Of a stretch of DNA of 44,554 nt, positions 17,432 through 25,269 are shown piece after piece. Origin of the DNA: a virus (Duplodnaviria; Caudoviricetes); the IMG/VR virus record IMGVR_UViG_3300033076_000960, positions 1-44,554 of that record. One strand, given 5' to 3'. The notes beneath the pieces were generated by a model that worked only from the letters and a program-made list of their open reading frames with translations, was not told the origin of the DNA and did not search any database. Every line of letters starts with the position of its first letter. The stretch's first letter is position 1. The translations under genes were made by a program, and so were the position numbers.

Positions 17432-19372
17432 ATGGCACCACGCACCACGTATGCTAATCTGCCTGTTGGTCTAAACCCACTTTCACTGTTTGACCAGTCC
17501 CTTGCCGATATGGGCAAGTTGGGGATTATTCCATGCACGGCATCAGGCACAAACGCCATTGTTTTGACTCCGCGCGCCGATTCCTACGTGCCGGATATTG
17601 CGGCCTATAATGATGGGCAGATTTATGGGTTTGTTCCGGCTGGGGGATCAACCGGCTCGGTAACGCTGCGATATGGTGCGCTTGCCGCCAAGAATGTTTA
17701 TCTGGCGACAGGTACGCAGGCAGGCAATGGTGATATAGCTAGCGGATATTATGGCGCGGTTTATATCTCAACGCTGAATTCTGGCGCGGGTGGGTTTTAC
17801 CTTCTGCCTTTTACTGCGGGGACAGGGCCTGACCCATACCCGCAATATCTAACGGTTGCTGAGGGTAATGCGGCCTATCAGCCCCTTGATGCAGATTTAA
17901 CGGCAATTGCAGGGCTTACAAGCGCTGCGGATAAAGCCCCATATTTTACCGGTTCGGGAACGGCTGCACTGATGACCGTAACATCACAGGCCCGCGCTGT
18001 GCTTGATGATACGTCATACAATGACATGCTCACCACAATAACGGCGACACGCACCGAAACTGGTGCGGTGGCATCGCCTGCATTGACGAAGTTCCGCGAT
18101 GCTTTGAGCGTGACGGATTTTGGCGCTGTAGGGGATAATTCTACGGATTGCACTACAGCTTTTGCAAATGCTGCAACGGCCATGACCTCAGCATTGCGCA
18201 GGCTTTATATACCTGGCGGTCAATATATTCTTGGCAACTGGAACCTTACAGGGAAACAAGGGTTTATAATTCAAGGAGACGGGCCGAACGTCACGCGCCT
18301 TAATCCAAAGAGCGGCATGACTGGAAATTGGATAGACCTTACCGGCTCTTATCAATATGTCATTCGTGATATGCAGATCGGGTTTTACAATCAAACACCG
18401 ACCCCAGACACAGCCTTATTTATTGCGCAAATCGCGTCAGGAGTTGCCAACCAGTTCCATCTCGAAAATCTGTATATCAGCGGGAAGTACAATTACGACC
18501 CGCTTTATAATTTCGCGGTGCCTTCTGGCAGCATGAATAACGTTGATATTTACAACTATTACTCAGGCGCAGGAGACAGACTTGCCGCAAGGTTCACAAC
18601 GTCGAATATCAAGTCTCTGACATCCGCATATCAGACGGTAAACGCTGGTGGGCAGGCCGTTGGTAATATCACAATAACTGCATGTGAGTTCCATAAATTT
18701 TCAGGCGCAGGCGGTGATAATGCAGTCATTGAGTTTGACGGCACCGATTCCATGTTGCTGCAAGGTGGCAATGTGACTGGTGGCGCAACTGCATATGTGC
18801 GCTTCAAGGGCGCAAATACCCGCTTTACGTTTGACACTGTTGTCAATGAGACTGAGAGCGAACCAGTAACGCCTACTTACGTTTTGTATGTTGATACGAG
18901 TGCCAGCCTATCCGGTCTGCGCGTCGGCAACAATTACAAGGTGGTTACCGACGCATTCATAGGTGGCCCTGGGAGCGTCGATTTTGGCAGCGGTTCTCAA
19001 GTCGAATCTTTCAAGTCCATCATAGGAACTGGCATTGTGGCCGGTGCCACTGTTTACATCGGGCCAGGTGGTCATTCTGCGACGGAGACTAAGGTTCCTT
19101 GGTATGCGCCATGCCCTGGGGTAATAGCGCAACCGCTTTTCTGGGTAGAAACAGCGCCAGGTGTGGGGCAGACATCCACGCGCACTTTACGAAAAAACGG
19201 CGCTGACACGTCCATAACCGCCACTATTTCTGGGACTAACAAAACCGCCTACGATACCACGCATTACGTCAATGTCGCCAAGGGCGATTACATTACAGAC
19301 AAGATGGTTCAATCGGGCGGCGCTGCGACGACAGAGGCGGGCGTGTCATTCCAATTTATGCCTACAGGGTAA
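17432..19372 (+). CDS. Tailspike/depolymerase (beta-helix, pectate_lyase_3-like)
   Basis: YQPLDADLTAIAGL linker; SVTDFGAVGDNSTDCTTAF...LYIPGGQY...GDG. Confidence 0.85.
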   Translation: MAPRTTYANLPVGLNPLSLFDQSLADMGKLGIIPCTASGTNAIVLTPRADSYVPDIAAYNDGQIYGFVPAGGSTGSVTLRYGALAAKNVYLATGTQAGNGDIASGYYGAVYISTLNSGAGGFYLLPFTAGTGPDPYPQYLTVAEGNAAYQPLDADLTAIAGLTSAADKAPYFTGSGTAALMTVTSQARAVLDDTSYNDMLTTITATRTETGAVASPALTKFRDALSVTDFGAVGDNSTDCTTAFANAATAMTSALRRLYIPGGQYILGNWNLTGKQGFIIQGDGPNVTRLNPKSGMTGNWIDLTGSYQYVIRDMQIGFYNQTPTPDTALFIAQIASGVANQFHLENLYISGKYNYDPLYNFAVPSGSMNNVDIYNYYSGAGDRLAARFTTSNIKSLTSAYQTVNAGGQAVGNITITACEFHKFSGAGGDNAVIEFDGTDSMLLQGGNVTGGATAYVRFKGANTRFTFDTVVNETESEPVTPTYVLYVDTSASLSGLRVGNNYKVVTDAFIGGPGSVDFGSGSQVESFKSIIGTGIVAGATVYIGPGGHSATETKVPWYAPCPGVIAQPLFWVETAPGVGQTSTRTLRKNGADTSITATISGTNKTAYDTTHYVNVAKGDYITDKMVQSGGAATTEAGVSFQFMPTG

Positions 19373-19375
19373 GCC

Positions 19376-19738
19376 ATGACGAAAATTCGTGGCGGCAGGC
19401 ATGGGGATTTTTATCGCATCTGCGACCGCACAGGCTTCAAAATATGGGCGAGCGATACCCAAAAGGAATGGACGGGTAATATCGTCCGTGAAACTAGCTG
19501 GGAAGCCCGCCACCCGCAGGATTTTGTCACCGGCGTTCGTGATGAACAAGCAGCGCCTGACCCGCGCCCGCGGCCCGCAGATCAATACGTACAGCCTACC
19601 GGCATTGCAACCTTGATGGTCACGACAGCGCCGGACGGCATCCAATCGTTTCTGGTGGACACATCATCTGGCGAGCCAGAAGTCTACGTTTATCGCACCT
19701 ATACCGCAAATCCTGACATGGTACGCACCGCATTATGA
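19376..19738 (+). CDS. Conserved virion-module protein
   Basis: ICDRTGFK...EWTG...WEARHPQ...DPRP motif. Confidence 0.72.
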   Translation: MTKIRGGRHGDFYRICDRTGFKIWASDTQKEWTGNIVRETSWEARHPQDFVTGVRDEQAAPDPRPRPADQYVQPTGIATLMVTTAPDGIQSFLVDTSSGEPEVYVYRTYTANPDMVRTAL

Positions 19739-20691
19739 GCACATCCGGCACACAAACATTTAATATGTCGCGCGATGACATATTGCTGGCTGCGCTTCGT
19801 AAAATCGGGGCGATACAGTCGGGCGAAACGCCTAATGCGCAGATCATTACAGATGCTTCGCAAGCACTGAATGCAATGGTCAAGCGCTGGGCGGTGAAAG
19901 GGCTGCATATCTGGACGCAACAGGAAGGCGTGATATTCCTTCAGCCAAATCAGGCTTCCTACGTCATAGGAACCGGCACAACCGATAATAATTCCAGCAC
20001 GTATGTTGGGACGCAATTAGACGGGGCGGTTTCATCAGGTGCAACCTCTATCACGGTTTCTTCCGCTACAGGAATTTCCAATGGAGATAACATTGGAATT
20101 GTTCTGGATACGGGGACAACATTTTGGACAACGGTTTCCGGCGCACCTTCAGGGGCAACGATAGCGCTGGCTTCAGCAATAACCGGCAATGCATCAGACT
20201 TGAACGGCGTTTACGCTTACACGTCCCGTATTGTGCGACCGATTGAGATCAAGAGCGCCCGCCGCCGTGATTTGACCAGCAATATTGATATTCCAATGAT
20301 AGCCCTGTCGCGCATTGATTATCAGGAATTACCGAACAAGACGGCCGATGGTGTGCCGACGCAGTATTATTACGACCCGCGCGGCGGCGCAAACGCAACG
20401 GGGCTGTTTTATGTCTGGCCAGTAGCGAGTGACGGACACAGCGCCATTATGATTACATGGCGGCGCATGATTGAGGACTTCAGCACGGCGGCTAATAACC
20501 CCGATTTGCCGCAAGAATGGCTCGATACCATCATCTACAATCTGGCGATTTCCCTTGCGCATGAATATGACGTGCCAGCGAAGAAAATGGCAACGCTCAA
20601 AGTACTGGCGGACGAATATCTAAACACAATGGAGACGTGGGACAGGGAGCCGGAATCGGTGTTTTTCGGCGTGAATTTCAGCAGGCAGTGA
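19735..20691 (+). CDS. Head-tail adaptor (P22 gp4-like) with internal beta-rich insert
   Basis: ALRKIGAI...ALNAMVKRW; PQEWLDTIIYNLAISLAHEY; precedes the gp10-like gene. Confidence 0.75.
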   Translation: MSTSGTQTFNMSRDDILLAALRKIGAIQSGETPNAQIITDASQALNAMVKRWAVKGLHIWTQQEGVIFLQPNQASYVIGTGTTDNNSSTYVGTQLDGAVSSGATSITVSSATGISNGDNIGIVLDTGTTFWTTVSGAPSGATIALASAITGNASDLNGVYAYTSRIVRPIEIKSARRRDLTSNIDIPMIALSRIDYQELPNKTADGVPTQYYYDPRGGANATGLFYVWPVASDGHSAIMITWRRMIEDFSTAANNPDLPQEWLDTIIYNLAISLAHEYDVPAKKMATLKVLADEYLNTMETWDREPESVFFGVNFSRQ

Positions 20692-20692
20692 A

Positions 20693-22099
20693 ATGCAAAT
20701 TCCATTCGCCATGCAGAGCTATAAATCAGCGTCGCTTCCTCTCTCAGCACAACGTCTTATCAATGCTTTTGCAGAACAAGAGCCGGAAGACGCAAAATCG
20801 CAGGTGGCGGTTTTTGGCGCACCTGGCTTGGTGGAATTTGCCACATGTGGGCTGGGGCCGGTGCGCGGGATGCGCGTCATGGGCGACACTGTTTACGTGG
20901 TATCCGGTCAATTCCTGTACAGTGTCGATGAAGATGGCGTTTCAACGCCTGTAGGCGGGTCAATATCGGGCAATGGTGTTGTGTCCATGTCTGATAATGG
21001 GACACAGGTTTGCATTGTCAACGGCGTGACAGGGTACACATACGATACTACAAGTGGGTTTCGTGTTATTTCCAGCGCGAATTTCCACGCTGCAAATACC
21101 GTCACATTTATCGATACCTATTTTGCCTTTGACTGGATCGGAACAAACCGGTTTTTCATATCAAATTCCGGTGACGGCTCCGCCTATGATGGGCTGGATT
21201 ATGGCGCGGCGGAGGTTGCGCCTGATTTTGTCGTTGCAGTTATCAACCAACAGGAAAACCTTCTGGTATTTAACCAGCACACTATCGAAACGCATTATGA
21301 TGCGGGCGCGGTCAATTTCCCGTTTCTGCGGGTGGACGGCGCGACAATAGAACGCGGGTGTATCGCGCCATTATCGCTTGTGAAAGAAGACAATTCAGTA
21401 TTTTTCCTTGGTGATGATGGTATTTACTACAGGCTCAATGGAACAACACCCATTCGCGTAAGCACTCATGCGCTGGAGGCAGAATGGGCGACATATGCGA
21501 CACTTTCGGATGCTTTCGCGTTCTCGTATCCCTATCATGGGCATAAATTCGTTTGCCTGACATTCCCAAGCGCTAATGCCACCTTTATTTATGATGTTGC
21601 TACCGGCATGTGGCATGAGCGGGAATCGTGGAACGAGAATGACGAGTCATTGCAGCGCTGGCGAGGGAATTGCCGTGTTTCTGCGTATGGGAAAGAGCTT
21701 ATCGGCGATGCGTACAGCGGACGCATTGGCTACATAACCGGCGATGTTTTCACCGAATTCGGCAACACAACGCGCATGGTGATGACGAGCGCACCGATAC
21801 ATTCCGACCAAAAGCGGGTTTTTATCTCAAAGCTGGAAGCCGATATGGAAACCGGCGTGGGGCTGACAACCGGACAAGGTTCTGATCCGCAAGTCATGCT
21901 GGAATGGTCAAAGGATGGCGGGCGCACCTTTGCGCAGTTCCAGCCGTGGCAAACACTTGGGAAAATAGGAGCATATCTAACCCGATTGCGCTGGCTTCGT
22001 CTTGGACAGGCACGGCAATGGGTTTTCCGCATTACAATGTCCGATCCGGTCAAGCGGGTATTTATTGCGGCCCATGCTGATATGATGGTGGGTGAATAA
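20693..22099 (+). CDS. Packaged DNA stabilisation/tail hub protein (P22 gp10-like)
   Basis: 468 aa; YDVATGMWHER, METGVG...DPQVMLEWSKDGGRTF...RWLRLG...RITMSDP. Confidence 0.9.
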   Translation: MQIPFAMQSYKSASLPLSAQRLINAFAEQEPEDAKSQVAVFGAPGLVEFATCGLGPVRGMRVMGDTVYVVSGQFLYSVDEDGVSTPVGGSISGNGVVSMSDNGTQVCIVNGVTGYTYDTTSGFRVISSANFHAANTVTFIDTYFAFDWIGTNRFFISNSGDGSAYDGLDYGAAEVAPDFVVAVINQQENLLVFNQHTIETHYDAGAVNFPFLRVDGATIERGCIAPLSLVKEDNSVFFLGDDGIYYRLNGTTPIRVSTHALEAEWATYATLSDAFAFSYPYHGHKFVCLTFPSANATFIYDVATGMWHERESWNENDESLQRWRGNCRVSAYGKELIGDAYSGRIGYITGDVFTEFGNTTRMVMTSAPIHSDQKRVFISKLEADMETGVGLTTGQGSDPQVMLEWSKDGGRTFAQFQPWQTLGKIGAYLTRLRWLRLGQARQWVFRITMSDPVKRVFIAAHADMMVGE

Positions 22100-22545
22100 T
22101 GGTTATTCCATCAGAAGCCCAAGCGCACCCGCTCCTTGCCCCGTCTTCACGGGTGCCATTTGTGGACATTAAAAACAACGGCATCCTGACCAATCACGGG
22201 GTGCAGCTTCTGCAAGGGCTTGTGCAGTTCATCAATGGGATGAACCGGCTTACGCCATGCTCAGTGTCGGGGACAAATATTCTAACGCTAACGCCCAATC
22301 CGGTGTTCCCGTTTATCGAAAAATATGTGGACTTTGAGGTCTACACCTTTGTTGCGGTGGCAACGTCAACCAGCCTTGTGACGGCAACAATAGTTCCTGA
22401 AGTCGGCGCGTTGGATACCTTGCGGGTTTATAAGGACAATGGGGCAACGCAGGCAAATTCCGGCGATATTGTTTCCGGCTCTTTGTACTTCCTGATTTAC
22501 AACGATGGGTTGGACGGCGGCAACGGTGGATTTGTGCTGAAATGA
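22099..22545 (+). CDS. Tail protein (gp26 position) sharing a domain with the tailspike N-terminus
   Basis: TAATG-coupled; C-terminal ~95 aa align by eye to the N-terminus of 17432..19372. Confidence 0.72.
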   Translation: MVIPSEAQAHPLLAPSSRVPFVDIKNNGILTNHGVQLLQGLVQFINGMNRLTPCSVSGTNILTLTPNPVFPFIEKYVDFEVYTFVAVATSTSLVTATIVPEVGALDTLRVYKDNGATQANSGDIVSGSLYFLIYNDGLDGGNGGFVLK

Positions 22546-23297
22546 TAATTGAACGCCATAACACTGCTGAAAAAATCAATGAGATTGTCAACCATCCTTC
22601 GGTTTATCCGTGGGTATGCGGCAATATCACGGGGCCGCTAGACCTGACAGAGGTTGTGGCGAATGAGCGCAATGTTGCACTGTTTTGCGATCTGGGCGGC
22701 GTGTTGTTTTTTCAGCATCAGCCTGGATTATATGAAGCGCACACGCAGGTATTGCCGGAAGCGCGCGGGGTGGGAACCCTTGATATTGTCAGGCAGGCAT
22801 TACGCTGGATGTTCACCAAGACTGATGCGGTTGAAATTGTAACGCGCGTTCCTCATGGCAATGGCGCGGCGCAGGCTTTGGTCAAAGCGATAAAGGGCGT
22901 TTACGAGTTCACCAATCAAAAGGGATGGGTGAAAGACGGGGAGCCTATCCCCGCCGATGTTTATGGCCTGAGATTGCAAGACTGGCTGCGCGATGATCCA
23001 GAGATTGAAGCGCGGGGGCATTGGTTCCATGAGCGCCTTGAAGCCGAATATGCGCGGCACAACACAGAATTAAAAGTCCATGAGGACGATGTTACCCATG
23101 ACAGATATGCGGGTGCTGCGGTTGAAATGATAATGAACGGGCAGATCAATAAGGGTGTGATTTTTTATAACCGGTGGGCAGTTATGGCCGGATATGAGCC
23201 GATTAAAGCCCTCAGTTATGATCCGGTCATTGTCGACATAAAAGACGCTGTTTTAATGCTGAAAGGCGATACATTCGAGGTGATACTATGCCGGTAG
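22542..23297 (+). CDS. GNAT-like virion assembly protein (DUF2824-like N-terminus)
   Basis: NEIVNHPSV...YEAHTQVLPEARG; position before the ejection genes. Confidence 0.62.
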   Translation: MIIERHNTAEKINEIVNHPSVYPWVCGNITGPLDLTEVVANERNVALFCDLGGVLFFQHQPGLYEAHTQVLPEARGVGTLDIVRQALRWMFTKTDAVEIVTRVPHGNGAAQALVKAIKGVYEFTNQKGWVKDGEPIPADVYGLRLQDWLRDDPEIEARGHWFHERLEAEYARHNTELKVHEDDVTHDRYAGAAVEMIMNGQINKGVIFYNRWAVMAGYEPIKALSYDPVIVDIKDAVLMLKGDTFEVILCR

Positions 23298-23962
23298 GTG
23301 CAGCAATTGGTGTTGGTTCTGTTGCTTCTGGTCTTATTGGATCGAGCGCAGCCAAGAAAGCCGCCAAGACACAGGCTATTGCGCAGGAAAACGCGCTTGC
23401 GCAACAGTCAAAAATATACGGCCGGATCAATGAAGATTTGCAGCCATATAAAAACATTGGACAAACCGGCGTAAGTGGCCTGTCTGATCTATACAATCCG
23501 AACGGGGCAGATTATTCAAAGTTTACCAATTCACCTGATTTTGGCTTTGCCAGTCAGCAGGGCAATCTTGCCACCACGCGGCAACTGGCATCGCAGGGTC
23601 TATCCGGTTCGGGCGGTGCGGTAAAGGCCGCATCTGAATTTAATCAGGGGCTGGCATCGCAGCAGTTCGGCAATTATTTCAACCGGCTTATGTCACTATC
23701 AAATCTTGGCAAGGAAGCCGTTGGGATAGGCGCAGGCGTAGGCATGAACCAAGCGCAGCAAATCGGCGCTGGCATCAACAATCTTGGACAGATACAGGCT
23801 AGCGGCACGGTAGGCGCTGCAAACGCTATCAATGGCAGTATTAATAACGCCACGAACGGACTGCTTTTGTATAAAAATATTCAGAACAAGGCGGCGGCGG
23901 GTAATGCTTACAACCCAAGTTCTTATGTTAATGTAGGATCAGCGACAAGGACATTGAACTAA
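23288..23962 (+). CDS. DNA ejection protein (P22 gp7-like)
   Basis: GLIGSSAAKKAAKTQ, LQPYKNIG, GLSGSGGAVKA...QGLASQQFGNYFNRL. Confidence 0.82.
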   Translation: MPVGAAIGVGSVASGLIGSSAAKKAAKTQAIAQENALAQQSKIYGRINEDLQPYKNIGQTGVSGLSDLYNPNGADYSKFTNSPDFGFASQQGNLATTRQLASQGLSGSGGAVKAASEFNQGLASQQFGNYFNRLMSLSNLGKEAVGIGAGVGMNQAQQIGAGINNLGQIQASGTVGAANAINGSINNATNGLLLYKNIQNKAAAGNAYNPSSYVNVGSATRTLN

Positions 23963-25269
23963 TGGCAAACTCTAATTTATTGGCCTTGCAGGTTCAAAAT
24001 ACCGGCCCTGACATTGGCAAAACACTGGCTACCATGTCGCAGATGGACATGTCGGCTGCTCACGCTGATTTATACCGTGCGCAGTTGCAGCAAGCGCAGC
24101 AGAAAGCCAACGGGCTTGCACAGGTGAGAGCGTTGGCAGCGGCGGGAGATGATGCGGGCGCGGTGCGCACTTATGCTGGTTTTGATCCTGACAATGCGAA
24201 AACCTTGCAGGGCGTGTATCAAACCGCAAAGCAGATTAAGGCGCAAGATGAATTTGGTAAAACGGGCGATCCAACCGCTGTACGGGCATTTCCTGACCTT
24301 TATAAAACGGTAGCCGATACGCTTTCCACCGCAGATAAAAACACCAGAGAGAACACGCTTTTCAAACTCGATCTTGGCGGCCGTGCTGCAAACATTTATT
24401 TGAACAATAAAACACCAGAAGGCTGGAATGCCGCACTGGATTTCGCCGCCAAGAATGGCCTTGTAAAACCAGAAGAGGCCGCGCAGCTACAGGGCAAGCC
24501 AAATGATCTTATCGCAAGCCGTCTTGCCGCCGGTGCGCAGGCCGCGAAAGAATGGATGGATTCATCCGGTCAGGTGGCAGGGAATAAGGCCAAAGCAGAA
24601 GCAGACGTTGCCAATTCCAGAACAAAACCATTGCCAGACGGCGCGTTAAAACAGCAGAATGAATCGCTTGAAACGCTAGGGACTGTGAATAACATTAACG
24701 CCGATATGGGGGCATTAATTCAGCAACTGGATTCTGGCGCGCTTGAACTTGGCCCTATCAATAACGCCATATCCTCGGCGCGGAACTGGATGGGCAAGAG
24801 CAATGAGCAGAGCAGAAACTTTAGAAGCCTAAACACTACGCTTGAAAGGCTCCGTAACGACAGCCTGCGTTTGAACAGCGGCGTACAGACAGAAGGAGAC
24901 GCACAACGCGCATGGAATGAATTGCTGGGCGGCAATCTAAATGACAAGGAACTGGTCAAGCAGCGCCTTGTGGAAATTCAGGGTATTAACGAACGTGGTG
25001 CTAACCTGAAAAAACAAACCGTTGAAAACATCCGCTCTAATTACAATCAGGGGCCATTGGATTATAGCCGGTATGAAGGCAGGGCAGCGGTTGGACAAAG
25101 AGGCGCAACCGGTGATTTCTCCACACCTCAGCAAGCCGCACCAGCAGCGCCTAAAGCCGCTGGGCAGCGCGCAAGCGCACCAACTCCAAGCGAAGGCATG
25201 AAAATCATCAACGATAATACCGGCGAGCGCCTTGTTTTTAAAGGTGGGCGCTGGGTGGCGGATCAATAA
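23962..25269 (+). CDS. DNA ejection protein (gp20 position)
   Basis: A/Q-rich helical 435 aa, coupled to the gp7-like gene. Confidence 0.68.
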   Translation: MANSNLLALQVQNTGPDIGKTLATMSQMDMSAAHADLYRAQLQQAQQKANGLAQVRALAAAGDDAGAVRTYAGFDPDNAKTLQGVYQTAKQIKAQDEFGKTGDPTAVRAFPDLYKTVADTLSTADKNTRENTLFKLDLGGRAANIYLNNKTPEGWNAALDFAAKNGLVKPEEAAQLQGKPNDLIASRLAAGAQAAKEWMDSSGQVAGNKAKAEADVANSRTKPLPDGALKQQNESLETLGTVNNINADMGALIQQLDSGALELGPINNAISSARNWMGKSNEQSRNFRSLNTTLERLRNDSLRLNSGVQTEGDAQRAWNELLGGNLNDKELVKQRLVEIQGINERGANLKKQTVENIRSNYNQGPLDYSRYEGRAAVGQRGATGDFSTPQQAAPAAPKAAGQRASAPTPSEGMKIINDNTGERLVFKGGRWVADQ

